Positions 1 to 9,485 of a stretch of 64,000 nucleotides of DNA are shown here, in pieces; the stretch's first letter is position 1; every line of letters begins with the position of its first letter. Origin of the DNA: an uncultured Nitrososphaerales archaeon. GTDB lineage: Archaea; Thermoproteota; Nitrososphaeria; Nitrososphaerales; Gagatemarchaeaceae. The notes under the pieces were generated by a model that saw nothing but the letters and a program-made list of their open reading frames with translations, had not been told where the DNA came from and made no database searches. The position numbers and the translations under genes are program-made. The stretch covers positions 1,503,438 through 1,567,437 of the forward strand of contig OY970160.1 in NCBI GenBank assembly GCA_963706445.1, given 5' to 3'.

Positions 1-1
1 C

Positions 2-211
2 AACGCCTCGGCGTCGTCCAACAACTCGGTGGTGGTCTCCGACTTCGCCTACATCACCAGGGACATGTACTACAACTACACCAACGTCTGGCTCTATGTC
101 GCCGACTTCATGACTGTCAACCAGAGCGGGATCACCGGGATGATACCCAACCCCGCAGGGAGCTCCGCGGGGTATTTCCTGTACTTCAACACTGTCGAGT
201 ACACAGGCTGA
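2..211 (+). CDS. ABC transporter substrate-binding protein (family 5, peptide type), C-terminal fragment; 5' end lies outside the window
   Basis: Frame is open from the window edge. The tail (..GYFLYFNTVEYTG) resembles the C-terminus of the SBP paralog at 58997..61201 (..GFYFNPAIYTTGEP..). Two permease genes follow directly. Confidence 0.5.
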   Translation, partial: NASASSNNSVVVSDFAYITRDMYYNYTNVWLYVADFMTVNQSGITGMIPNPAGSSAGYFLYFNTVEYTG

Positions 212-245
212 GGGACAGAGAACGGTCTCTCTCAGGGACTTCGGG

Positions 246-1253
246 GTGTACCTCGCGAAGAGGCTGGTAGGCTCCCTCTTCGTCCTGCTAGGTGTGGCCC
301 TGATTGTCTTCTTCATCTCACATGTCCTGAGCCCCGACCCGGCCCTCCTCTGGGCAGGACCGAAGGCGCGCCCCGAGACCATCCAGGCGGTGGCTGCCGA
401 ATATCACCTGAACGCCCCCATATTCACACAGCTCTACTACTACTTCCAGGGCCTGATAACAGGCAACTTCGGGCTGGACCCCCAGACGGGGCGCCCAATA
501 CTATCTGAGATCCTATTCTACGCCCCCAACACACTCGAGCTCGTCCTGGCCGCCATGGCGATCATAGTCGTGGCCGGCGTGGGGCTGGGCTACATTTCGG
601 GGATGAGGTTCGGGACCAAGATCGACTCCGCGATCCGGATATTCTATCTACTCACTTGGTCGACGCCGTACTATCTCGGAGCCCTGGCCGCGGTCCTAGT
701 CTTCTCTAGCTACATCCCAATCTTCCCATCCGGGGGGAACGGGTCGGTAGGGGTAGCATACAACTCCATAACCGGCATTTTCGTCCTGGACACCCTCCTA
801 CAGGCGAACTGGCCTGCATTCGAGTCCGGGCTCTACCACCTCGTCCTGCCGGCCACGACTTTGGCCCTGCTCAGTTTCGGGATAGTTCCTAGGATAATGA
901 GGTCGTCCATACTCGACACGCGGTGGTCCACCCATGTGAAGGCCGCCAGGGCACGGGGCCTGGACGAAGGGGAGGTGAGGAGGAAGCACATCCTGAGGAA
1001 CGCCCTCATCGACACCACCACGGTGGTCGCGACGACCTTCGGGTGGCTCTTCTCGGGGACAATAATCATTGAGCAGATCTTCGCCTGGCCCGGCATAGGG
1101 CAGTTCTCCTACAACGCGATCATATCGGCGAACTATCCTGTCCTCGTGGCATGCGTCTTCGTATTCACACTCGGGGTAATCATAGCCAATTTCATCGCTG
1201 ATATTCTGTACACAGTGCTCGACCCGAGGATCACGCTGGGGGAGGGAGGATGA
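246..1253 (+). CDS. Peptide/nickel ABC transporter permease (OppB/DppB-like)
   Basis: 335 aa multi-TM protein with the typical N-terminus (..RLVGSLFVLLGVALIVFF..) and C-terminus (ANFIADILYTVLDPRI). The stop overlaps the next permease start. Confidence 0.85.
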   Translation: MYLAKRLVGSLFVLLGVALIVFFISHVLSPDPALLWAGPKARPETIQAVAAEYHLNAPIFTQLYYYFQGLITGNFGLDPQTGRPILSEILFYAPNTLELVLAAMAIIVVAGVGLGYISGMRFGTKIDSAIRIFYLLTWSTPYYLGALAAVLVFSSYIPIFPSGGNGSVGVAYNSITGIFVLDTLLQANWPAFESGLYHLVLPATTLALLSFGIVPRIMRSSILDTRWSTHVKAARARGLDEGEVRRKHILRNALIDTTTVVATTFGWLFSGTIIIEQIFAWPGIGQFSYNAIISANYPVLVACVFVFTLGVIIANFIADILYTVLDPRITLGEGG

Positions 1254-2233
1254 GCACCGAGCGAAGGCGGCTCCTTAGGCTGCTGGTGAGCAACCCGCTT
1301 TCCCTGTTCGGGCTGGTGACGACCGCCCTGTTCGTGGTCATCGCTCTCATCGAAGGAGTGACTTCGGGGGCCATCACCCCCTTCAACCCCTATACTCCGA
1401 ACTTCGCACACGCCAACCTGGGCCCCTCCCTCGTCCACCTGTTCGGGACAGACTTCGAGGGGAGGGACATTTTCTCCCAGGTCCTTGCCGCGCTCCCGGT
1501 CGACATCGGGATATCGATCGTCGTAGTGGTCGTGTCGGTGGCCCTGGGGGTGGTCCTTGGGACCCTTGCCGGCTACTTCAGGGGAGCTTTGGACGAAGTC
1601 ATCATGAGGCTGACGGACATGTTCCTCGCGTTCCCGCAGATAATCATGAGCCTGGCGATAGCGGCCACGCTGGGCCCGAGCCTCCTGAACGTCACGCTCT
1701 CCTTGATCGTGGTGTGGTGGCCGGCGTACGTCAGACTTGTACGGGGAGCGGTCCTCGCTGTCGCCGCCGAAGACTACGTGGCAGTTTCGAAATCCCTGAA
1801 CTCGTCCTTCCTCTACATAGTCAGGAAGGACGCCCTCCCCAACGTCCTCCCCACCGTGCTGGTCTACGCCACTACGGACATCGGCGCGGCCATGCTGACG
1901 CTGTCGACTCTGGGGTACCTGAACGTGGGCATCCCCGCCAACCTCCCCGAGCTGGGGAAGATGGTGTCCGCCGTGACCTACAACCTGTTCCTCTACCCCA
2001 CCCAGGTGATCATCCCTGCGCTGATCGTCATGGTGATGGTAGCGGGGTTCAGCTTCCTGGGGGAGGGGTTGAGGGAATCCCTCGATGTGAAGCTGAGGCC
2101 TCACATACTGATCAAGGGACGGGATCTGGGGAAGCCCGAGGGGACCCAGTCGGGGCAACCCCACGTCCCGGCTCCGGCCCCTGGTGGGCTGCGAGCTCTT
2201 GGACGGGAACAGTCAGCTTCTCAGCCAGCATGA
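1250..2233 (+). CDS. Peptide/nickel ABC transporter permease (OppC/DppC-like) with an atypical C-terminal extension
   Basis: Multi-TM protein with an EAA-like region and the usual end motif GEGLRESLDVKLRP. About 45 extra residues follow and run antisense into the convergent ATPase gene. Confidence 0.8.
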   Translation: MSTERRRLLRLLVSNPLSLFGLVTTALFVVIALIEGVTSGAITPFNPYTPNFAHANLGPSLVHLFGTDFEGRDIFSQVLAALPVDIGISIVVVVVSVALGVVLGTLAGYFRGALDEVIMRLTDMFLAFPQIIMSLAIAATLGPSLLNVTLSLIVVWWPAYVRLVRGAVLAVAAEDYVAVSKSLNSSFLYIVRKDALPNVLPTVLVYATTDIGAAMLTLSTLGYLNVGIPANLPELGKMVSAVTYNLFLYPTQVIIPALIVMVMVAGFSFLGEGLRESLDVKLRPHILIKGRDLGKPEGTQSGQPHVPAPAPGGLRALGREQSASQPA

Positions 2234-3230
2234 GCTTCGGAGGAGGCAGCTCCTCGAGGGGAGCCATCCCTTGGGCGTAGAGGAAACAGGAGACGATGTG
2301 CCCAGAGCCCAGGTCGAGGTCCGGGGGAACCTCTACGCACCTGTCAAAGACAGATTTGCACACGAGCCTGTACCGGCACCCGGTGGGCGCGGGCCTGTGC
2401 TCGGTGATCGACGTTTCTCTTGCGGACGTCCCCCCCAGGGTGAGCACGTTGGCTAACAGCTTCTGGGTGTATGGGTGCTTCGGATCGACCGCGATGTCAC
2501 GCACGTCTCCAGTCTCCACCAGCTTCCCGTAGAACAGGACCCCGAGGCTGTGGCTGACGTACTTGATGACGTTGATGTCGTGGGTGATGAACAGGTACGA
2601 CATGTCGAGCTCTGACTTCAGTGACTTCAGGGTGTTCAGGACCTGGGCCTGGATGGAGACGTCCAGGGCGCTGGTGGGCTCGTCGAGGACCAGCAGCTTC
2701 TTCGGTACGACGAGGGCCCTGGCCAGGCTCACCCTCTGCCTCTGACCTCCGCTAAGCTCTCTGGGGTGCCTGGGCAGGAGGTCCTTGGTGACTCCGACGA
2801 GGTGCGTGATGTAGTCCACCCGCTCGTCGAACTTCTCCTTCGGGATCTTCTTCGAGGCGATCAGCGCCTCCTCGATTATTTCCTTTACAGTCAGTCTGGG
2901 GTTCAGGGACCTGACCGGGTCCTGCAGCACGATCCCGACGTTCTGCCTCAGATAGGCGAGGTCCCCCTTGTCGCGAAAGTCGATCTCCTTCCCGAGGAGC
3001 CGGACGGTGCCCGACGTAGGCTTGTAGAGGCCGACGAGTACCTTGGCGAGGGTGGATTTACCTGACCCGGTCTCTCCTGTGAGCCCGAAGGTCTCCCCCT
3101 CCCTTATTGACAGCGAAACGTCGTCGAGCGCTTTGACCCGGGGGCTCTTCCCGAAGAAGCTGGCTCTCCTCTTCGACCTGAAGCTGACGGTCAGGTGCTC
3201 AATCTCTATCGTATTTGCCATTGGCTCCAT
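2112..3230 (-). CDS. Oligopeptide ABC transporter ATP-binding protein (OppF/DppF-like)
   Basis: Walker A GETGSGKST, signature LSGGQRQR, Walker B LLVLDEPTSALD, and the C-terminal oligopeptide-type Cys/His region. Confidence 0.9.
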   Translation of the reverse strand: MEPMANTIEIEHLTVSFRSKRRASFFGKSPRVKALDDVSLSIREGETFGLTGETGSGKSTLAKVLVGLYKPTSGTVRLLGKEIDFRDKGDLAYLRQNVGIVLQDPVRSLNPRLTVKEIIEEALIASKKIPKEKFDERVDYITHLVGVTKDLLPRHPRELSGGQRQRVSLARALVVPKKLLVLDEPTSALDVSIQAQVLNTLKSLKSELDMSYLFITHDINVIKYVSHSLGVLFYGKLVETGDVRDIAVDPKHPYTQKLLANVLTLGGTSARETSITEHRPAPTGCRYRLVCKSVFDRCVEVPPDLDLGSGHIVSCFLYAQGMAPLEELPPPKLMLAEKLTVPVQELAAHQGPEPGRGVAPTGSPRASPDPVP

Positions 3231-4320
3231 CTACCTTCCAGCATGCGGCGTGCCTCCCCTGGACCACCTCGATCAGCGGAGGCTCTTCCTCCCTGCAGAC
3301 GTCTTTGACGTAGGGACACCTCGGGTTGAACTTGCAGCCGGAGGGGAGCTTCGCCGGATTGGGGGGCTCCCCGAGCTGGACCGGCAGTGGGGGGGAGTCC
3401 TCGTACCCCTCGGGGACCGAGGCGATGAGTGTCCGGGTGTAGGGATGGAAAGAGTCTTCGAGGACCCCCTTGGTCTTCCCCGACTCCACTATCCTCCCGG
3501 CATACATGATGTAGAGCCTGTCGCAGACCTGGGACGCTATGGTCAGGTCGTGGGTGATGTAGACAAGGGTCCCCCCGGCCTTCCTCAGGTCGCTGAGCAT
3601 CATCAGTATCCTATTCTGGACGTAGGCGTCGAGCCCGGTCGTCGGCTCGTCTGCGATGAGAAGCTTCGGCTTCTCGATGATCGACATCGATATGGCCACC
3701 CTCTGGCGCATCCCTCCGGAGAGCTCGTGGGGGTACTGCTCGAGGACCTCCTCGGGCTTGTCTATGCACAGGTCCCTGAGCAACCCGACCATAACGTCCC
3801 TTGGGCCGGCCTCCACCCCCTGGGCCTTCGCCACCGCACGCTTCCTCTGGACTTCGATGGACTCCTCGATCTGGGACTGGACCTTGTAGACGGGGTTCAG
3901 GGAGTCGAGAGGCTCCTGGAAGACCATGTTGATGCCGGTCCCGCGGATCTTGGCAACGTCGTCAGGGTCGAGGTGCAGGAGGTCCTTCCCCTCGAAGGTT
4001 ATGCTCCCGCTCGCTATTTCCGTAGGAGGGGAGTCAAGGAGCCCCATGATAGCCAGGCCGAGTGTCGTCTTCCCCGACCCGCTCTCCCCGACGATGCCGA
4101 CGACCTCCCCCCTCCCGACCTGCAAGGACACGCCGTTGAGGATCCTCACGCGCCCGTCGACCGTGGCGAAGTCGACCGAGAGGTTGTCTACAGAGAGGAG
4201 GACTTCGCGTTCGTCCTGCTTGGCGACCTGAAGCGACTGACGGCCGGCCTCACCAGTGGCGATCGTGACCAACCGAAGAATCTTCGACGGATAAGCAGAT
4301 GCTTTTACGCTTTTTCCCAT
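3199..4320 (-). CDS. Oligopeptide ABC transporter ATP-binding protein (OppD/DppD-like)
   Basis: Walker A GESGSGKTT, signature LSGGMRQR, Walker B LLIADEPTTGLD, and C-terminal CKFNPRCP. Confidence 0.9.
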   Translation of the reverse strand: MGKSVKASAYPSKILRLVTIATGEAGRQSLQVAKQDEREVLLSVDNLSVDFATVDGRVRILNGVSLQVGRGEVVGIVGESGSGKTTLGLAIMGLLDSPPTEIASGSITFEGKDLLHLDPDDVAKIRGTGINMVFQEPLDSLNPVYKVQSQIEESIEVQRKRAVAKAQGVEAGPRDVMVGLLRDLCIDKPEEVLEQYPHELSGGMRQRVAISMSIIEKPKLLIADEPTTGLDAYVQNRILMMLSDLRKAGGTLVYITHDLTIASQVCDRLYIMYAGRIVESGKTKGVLEDSFHPYTRTLIASVPEGYEDSPPLPVQLGEPPNPAKLPSGCKFNPRCPYVKDVCREEEPPLIEVVQGRHAACWKVDGANGKYDRD

Positions 4321-4402
4321 CGGCTGTCTTCTGTCGTCGGGATCAGTTTGACGCGCGGTCTAGGCATACACAGAATAGTGGGAACTGTGAGCGACGGCGC
4401 CG

Positions 4403-4849
4403 ATGCCCGGGGACTCGTCGTGCTTGATCTGTAGGAAGCAGGCGGGGAAGGAGGTGGCACCTCCCGGGGGATACCTCTACGAAGGGAGGTACTTTGCGAT
4501 ATGTCATGCTCCGCGCGACATCGGCACGCCGGGCACCATGATCATAGAATCAAGGAGGCACTTTCTAGACTTCGGAGAGATGAAGTCAGTCGAGGGCGCG
4601 GACCTGACGGGACTGCTCAAGAAACTCTTCCCAGCGATCAAGCAGACCACGCAAGCTGAGCGGGTTTATTCGCTTGCCATGATGGACGGCGTCCCTCATT
4701 TCCATCTCTGGCTCGTCCCATGGAAGAAGGATGAACCTCTAAGGGGGGTGACCTATCTGGCCAGCGAGCATCGGTTGTCATCGACCGAAGAGGTCGAACA
4801 GACGGTCAGAAGCGTAAAGCGAGCCTTCGAGCGCCCGCAGGGCTCATAG
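4403..4849 (+). CDS. HIT-like (histidine triad superfamily) protein
   Basis: N-terminal CLIC motif and a partial triad VPHFHLWLVPW. Size is typical of the family. Confidence 0.5.
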   Translation: MPGDSSCLICRKQAGKEVAPPGGYLYEGRYFAICHAPRDIGTPGTMIIESRRHFLDFGEMKSVEGADLTGLLKKLFPAIKQTTQAERVYSLAMMDGVPHFHLWLVPWKKDEPLRGVTYLASEHRLSSTEEVEQTVRSVKRAFERPQGS

Positions 4850-4892
4850 AGGGTGGCCGACGAACGCCTATCTTGAATGGAGCCATGGCCAG

Positions 4893-5192
4893 ATGATATC
4901 GTTAGCACAAGCGATTGGACTGGTCGCCGGCTTCCTTGTCTCGCTAGGGCTCGTCCCACAGATTCTGAGGGTCTTGAAGCTCAAGGACGCCCAGCAGATC
5001 AGCCTCCCCTTCAACCTCCTGTCGCTGGGAGGCACAGTGCTCTGGCTCGCCTATGGCATCCTGCTGGGGCTTTTGGCGGTGATCTTCTGGAACGGGGTTA
5101 ACTGCATCCTTTACGTGGTCCTGCTGTCAGTGAAGTTGAGGTACGGGATGCGCCGTAAAGAAAGAGCGGCCGCGCACTCCGTTGCGAATTGA
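4893..5192 (+). CDS. SemiSWEET / PQ-loop family small transporter
   Basis: 99 aa with three predicted TM helices and a PQ motif in TM1 (LVPQILRVLKLKDAQQISL). Confidence 0.6.
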   Translation: MISLAQAIGLVAGFLVSLGLVPQILRVLKLKDAQQISLPFNLLSLGGTVLWLAYGILLGLLAVIFWNGVNCILYVVLLSVKLRYGMRRKERAAAHSVAN

Positions 5193-5225
5193 ACCCGCGG
5201 GCAGGATCCCGATTTGTCGCCCTGT

Positions 5226-6029
5226 TTACTGGGTTCGCGCCCTAAACCTCACGACCGCCTCGAGGAGCGCTTCAGGCGTCTCGATCTGGGGCATGTGGCC
5301 GGTCGCCTTGAGCACCTCGAACCGGGAGCCAGGGATGGCCGCCGCGAATGCTCTGCCATACTCGGGCGAGACGATGCGGTCGCTTTCGCCGGAGATCACC
5401 AGCACAGGGACCGTCATCTTGGACAGCCGTCCGCCCAGCGTCGGGTCAGTCGGGATGGGAGCATAGAGGCTGAGCGCGGCCCTGTTGGAGGCCGCCATCG
5501 CCCGCTGCTGATCGGTGAGCTTGGTCGGGTCGATTCTGAACGGCCCCGGGTTATGGTAAGAGAGACTCATTATGTCGTCCAGCCCCATCTTCGATGTGTC
5601 GGGTATCGTGTAGCCCTTCACGTCTATCCCCGTCGCGCCCGCCAGCACGATGCTTCCGACCCCATGGACTGGTATCAGCCCCATTTCGGCGGCAATCCAT
5701 CCTCCAACTGAATTACCAACGATCGTGATGTCGCGTGTCCCAAGCTGCTCGACAAACGCTCCGTAGAGTCTCGCAAGGCCCTTCACGGTCCTGAGCCCGT
5801 CTGGCCTCTTCGTACCTGCGAACCCGGGATGAGTTGGGACGAGAACTCTGGCGTTCGGCTCCTTCGAAAGCAGGCCCGCGAATCCCATCATCGAAGCAGG
5901 TCCGGCGCCCCCATGGAGCAGCAGGAACACATTCCCACCGCTTCCCCACTCGACCGCCTCCTGCTCGACGATACCAATTTCCTCGTCTGAGACACGATAT
6001 ATCTTGCGCTGGGCGTCGTTGGCTATCAA
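5226..6029 (-). CDS. Alpha/beta hydrolase
   Basis: Oxyanion region LLLHGGAG, nucleophile elbow GNSVGGW, and a C-terminal His region (TGHMPQIE). Confidence 0.75.
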   Translation of the reverse strand: MIANDAQRKIYRVSDEEIGIVEQEAVEWGSGGNVFLLLHGGAGPASMMGFAGLLSKEPNARVLVPTHPGFAGTKRPDGLRTVKGLARLYGAFVEQLGTRDITIVGNSVGGWIAAEMGLIPVHGVGSIVLAGATGIDVKGYTIPDTSKMGLDDIMSLSYHNPGPFRIDPTKLTDQQRAMAASNRAALSLYAPIPTDPTLGGRLSKMTVPVLVISGESDRIVSPEYGRAFAAAIPGSRFEVLKATGHMPQIETPEALLEAVVRFRARTQ

Positions 6030-6039
6030 AAGCGACCGC

Positions 6040-6573
6040 CTATCGTTTCTTCTTGGAGGGTTTCGCTGGAAGCCTCTTTGATGGCCTGGCTGCCTTCACC
6101 CTTGAGACGATCCTCGAGAGCGCGGCTTCTTCCCTGGCCCTGCTCTTGGCACCTTCCTTTGCCATCTGGCTCTTCATCGAGGCCAGCTCGGTCCGGAGCG
6201 AGGTGATCTGCTTTTCCAGTCGCCGGGTGTCTGCATGATGGCCCTTGAAGTGGGCGCCCAGGTCTTTCACACGGGCGTGGGTCGCCATGTCCTTGCGTAT
6301 CGAGGCCATCTGGGCTTCCATCTTCTTGGCACTCACCTCGTGGCTCTTCCTGTATCGTCCGACTTCTATCTGGAGGGCCTGGATGCTCTCTCTGACTACC
6401 CTGAACTGACTGCGCCTACCTCCGGTCTGCGGGGCCACTGGCTGGGTCTCGCTGCCGACCCCGGGCGCATAGGCCTCCTGCGTTTCTCCGCTCGGCTGCT
6501 CGGTCATTTCGGCCGAAGGCATGCTCCTCTCTTCTTCGGCGGCTCCTTCAGTTGCGTCTGGTTCAGCTTCCAT
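6040..6573 (-). CDS. Hypothetical coiled-coil protein with acidic N-terminus and basic C-terminus
   Basis: 177 aa ORF with heptad-like helical composition. It is tightly spaced with the upstream gene. No family recognised. Confidence 0.45.
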   Translation of the reverse strand: MEAEPDATEGAAEEERSMPSAEMTEQPSGETQEAYAPGVGSETQPVAPQTGGRRSQFRVVRESIQALQIEVGRYRKSHEVSAKKMEAQMASIRKDMATHARVKDLGAHFKGHHADTRRLEKQITSLRTELASMKSQMAKEGAKSRAREEAALSRIVSRVKAARPSKRLPAKPSKKKR

Positions 6574-6671
6574 GGCACCCGATGATGAACTGTCTCGCTA
6601 ATTAGGTGTTTCAGGATGAGGTGTTGGCGAGAACTCGGCGGCAATTCAGAGTGTTCCTCGGCAATCCGTCG

Positions 6672-7262
6672 TCACCATCTCCCATAGTGGACCACTTCGT
6701 TTGCCCTCCGTCTTCCGCGCTTGAGAGAAGGTGATTTCACGTCCTGGGCACCGTGGCCAATAGAGATGACGCCGACAGGGTGGAAGTGAGCGGGAATCCC
6801 GAGTAGCTCCTTCATCCCCCTGACATCCGGGACCCCAGTGAACGCCGCGGCTAGGCCAGCGTCAATCGCCGCCAGCAGTATGATCAAGCACCCGGCGCCG
6901 ATGTCGAAGAACCAGTAGGGCGTCGGCCATTCAATTTCCTTGCCACCCTCGTCCAGCTTGTCAGGCTCGTTGTATCTGTCGTGATAGAGCTTTTCGCTGA
7001 CGCAGGCGACCACGGCCACGGGAGCTTCTGAAATCCATTCGTGGAAGCCCCCGGCTCTGTAGCTTTCTTCTCCCTGGAGCTTCGCAACCTTCTTCTTGGT
7101 CTCAGGGTCGGTGACTACCACGTAGGCGCTCCCCTGGCTGAACCCTGCGCTCGGGGCGTGCTGGGCGAGCTCAAGGATGCCGTCGATGGTTTCCATTGGG
7201 ACTGGTTCGTTGGTGAAGTGGCGGACCATTCGGCGCTTGAGGACGGCTTTCTGGAATTCCAT
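6672..7262 (-). CDS. Nitroreductase family protein
   Basis: MEFQKAVLKRRMVRHF.. is the typical nitroreductase N-terminus. I placed the start at the internal ATG (7262); the ORF-track start at 7409 adds 49 low-complexity residues. Confidence 0.7.
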   Translation of the reverse strand: MEFQKAVLKRRMVRHFTNEPVPMETIDGILELAQHAPSAGFSQGSAYVVVTDPETKKKVAKLQGEESYRAGGFHEWISEAPVAVVACVSEKLYHDRYNEPDKLDEGGKEIEWPTPYWFFDIGAGCLIILLAAIDAGLAAAFTGVPDVRGMKELLGIPAHFHPVGVISIGHGAQDVKSPSLKRGRRRANEVVHYGRW

Positions 7263-7273
7263 GGCACATAGAG

Positions 7274-7792
7274 GTGGTGGGAGTGTGTTATCTGTTCTGG
7301 AGTGTCTGTGCAGTAGAGGGGGAGGAAAACGCGATACAGCGAGCGACAGACTACTATCCGGTGAGAAAGCATATACCAAAGAGACCGGGAGAGTCGTCAG
7401 TCTTGGCAATAGAGAACGTGTTCAAAATAGCGGCGACCTATTCCAAAGTTCGTGAGTTCCTGACAAGCGAGGGTTGGGAATTCCAAGGAAAGGATCAGGA
7501 AATGGAGATGGACTCGTTCAGGAACAAGAAAACTGGGAAAAAGCTGTTCGTCGAGGATATTTCGGAGGACTTTCCGGTGACATTTCTCATGGGCGAGCTT
7601 AGCCTTGCGGAGTTCGGCGACATTGCTGACGAACTGACCCCGGCGATCAGGTTGCTGGAAGTCGACAGCAGTTGGGAGGGTGAACCGACGACCATCGTTG
7701 TCGCGATGACAGAAGAGCAAGTCAAGGGCATGTTCGGCCGAAGAACGAAGATGAGACGCCTTCCGGTTCACAGCGCAGCATCACAGATCTGA
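7274..7792 (+). CDS. Hypothetical protein (start uncertain)
   Basis: Open frame only, with an acidic globular-looking C-terminal half. No motif recognised. Confidence 0.3.
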   Translation: MVGVCYLFWSVCAVEGEENAIQRATDYYPVRKHIPKRPGESSVLAIENVFKIAATYSKVREFLTSEGWEFQGKDQEMEMDSFRNKKTGKKLFVEDISEDFPVTFLMGELSLAEFGDIADELTPAIRLLEVDSSWEGEPTTIVVAMTEEQVKGMFGRRTKMRRLPVHSAASQI

Positions 7793-7853
7793 AGCCGAAG
7801 GGCCAGGGCGCCTGCGACCACCCGTCTCTGCGAAGCGTGGACCAATGGCCGCT

Positions 7854-8477
7854 TCAGCTGGGATTATGAAGAGTGAAGAACGAATACGCGGATAGAATGC
7901 AACCGCAGGCAGAGACAGTCGCCCCCATGTCCACGTAGACGGTGTTTTGCACCTGAGAAAACCAGTACTCGAATCCTATGTCCGACCCTAAGATGATTCC
8001 AACGCCTGCGAAGAGTAATGCCGTCCCGAGTATCAGATACAGGACGCTTGTGGTTTTTGGCATTGGGGCTCCGTAATGCCCCCTCAGAAGAAATGCCCCG
8101 GAGATTGCTGACACTCCTGACGCGGCGACAATGACCATGCTGAGGATGTAACCTGAAAGAACAGTAACTCCGACAGCCAACACGACCCCAACCAAGAGGC
8201 CAATCAGGCCGAACGCCTGCAGGGCAAAGCCGTATCTTGCGGCCCTCTCGGTTTGACCGATGCGCCTTCTCAGCTGCAGCATCCCTGCCGTCGGCAGCAC
8301 GAACCCGATTACCACCAGGACGGCGGTTACGATCGTAGCGGCCCCGGGAATCCCTGACGCCCCGTTGATTGTGAGGAAAGCAACCAGCGCCACTGTCTCT
8401 ATCGAATAGCCAGCCACAAGGAGGCCCCAAGCCGTTGTCACGGCCTTCGCACCGGAAGGCGGATTCGTCGATGTCAA
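7854..8477 (-). CDS. Integral membrane protein, unknown function
   Basis: 207 aa with about 6 hydrophobic segments. Confidence 0.5.
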   Translation of the reverse strand: MTSTNPPSGAKAVTTAWGLLVAGYSIETVALVAFLTINGASGIPGAATIVTAVLVVIGFVLPTAGMLQLRRRIGQTERAARYGFALQAFGLIGLLVGVVLAVGVTVLSGYILSMVIVAASGVSAISGAFLLRGHYGAPMPKTTSVLYLILGTALLFAGVGIILGSDIGFEYWFSQVQNTVYVDMGATVSACGCILSAYSFFTLHNPS

Positions 8478-8484
8478 GGCCCCC

Positions 8485-9387
8485 TCAACTCACTCCCCTG
8501 TAGGTACCGAAGAAGGTCACCATCTCTTGGGCGATCTGATCCAAGTCCGGGGAGAAAGGTACCGGGCCCACCTGCGCGAACATGTGCCCCATGTTCTGGA
8601 TTAGGATGAGCTGAGTCTGGTCCCCGGCCGCGCGAAGTTCGTCATAGAGCTGGATGGATTGGGATTGTGGGACGTTCGTGTCGTTGACGCCCTGGATGAT
8701 CAGGATAGGCGGGGCGTTCGGGGCGACGAAGTGCGTGGGACTGGCTAGTACAAGGTCAGTCTGGTTGTTGCCAAAGACCCTCAGGGTATCTGAGTAGGAG
8801 GCGTAGCTAGTCAGGTTCGCTGGGCCGAACATGTCTACCACTGCCGACAGGCCGCTCGACTCGTTCAGGTAGGAGCCGACGTCAAATTGCGAGTGTGGGC
8901 CTGTCAGGGCCCCGAGTGCGACGAGCTCTCCTCCGGAGCTGGTGCCGAATGCGAACATCTCACTCGCATTCACACCGTAGGAGTGCGAGCTGGCGCGAAG
9001 GAATCTGATGGCACATTTAAGGTCCTGAATCTGCACCGGGTATTTGTAGAGCGGAGCGAGGCGATAATTGACGCTCGCGACCGCGTACCCTGCCGACGCT
9101 AGCGCGTTAAGGAAGACAGGACTGATGTCTGCCTTGTCGCCCGAAGTTAGCCCGCCTCCATGGACGTATATCACAAGGGGAACAGGATGGACGATGGCCG
9201 CGCTGGGTATGTAGATGTCCATGGTCTGCGAGTTGCAATAGGTCACGTCCCGGTACGCAGTCCCGAGATTGAATGCCACGGTGGCCGGTGCATTGGATGT
9301 GATGACTCCGTCTATGGCTATCGCAGAATAGCAGCTGACGAGAAGGATGGCTACGATGCAGATGACCGCAGAAGCCCGGAGCGCCAT
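8485..9387 (-). CDS. Secreted alpha/beta hydrolase (esterase/lipase-type, HGGG class)
   Basis: N-terminal signal/TM segment, HGGG oxyanion motif (YVHGGGL) and GxSxG elbow (GTSSGG). Confidence 0.75.
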   Translation of the reverse strand: MALRASAVICIVAILLVSCYSAIAIDGVITSNAPATVAFNLGTAYRDVTYCNSQTMDIYIPSAAIVHPVPLVIYVHGGGLTSGDKADISPVFLNALASAGYAVASVNYRLAPLYKYPVQIQDLKCAIRFLRASSHSYGVNASEMFAFGTSSGGELVALGALTGPHSQFDVGSYLNESSGLSAVVDMFGPANLTSYASYSDTLRVFGNNQTDLVLASPTHFVAPNAPPILIIQGVNDTNVPQSQSIQLYDELRAAGDQTQLILIQNMGHMFAQVGPVPFSPDLDQIAQEMVTFFGTYRGVS

Positions 9388-9485
9388 CCCTCTTTGTTAG
9401 TCAATCAGTAGAAAAGAGCTTCGATGGGTGAAGAAAGAGCTGATGATTCTTAAGGGGTTGAAGAAGAAAGGGGACGTTGTGATAG

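Noticed and set aside
1133-2164. 343-aa ORF on the minus strand
   Set aside because: It lies entirely antisense to a well-supported OppC-like permease. Its composition is Arg/Gly/His/Asp/Pro-rich and low-complexity, which is typical of a shadow ORF in GC-rich DNA.
3043-4434. 463-aa ORF on the plus strand
   Set aside because: It is antisense to both Opp ATPase genes, which have unambiguous Walker and signature motifs. Its Arg/Pro/Gly/Leu-rich composition has no recognisable motifs.
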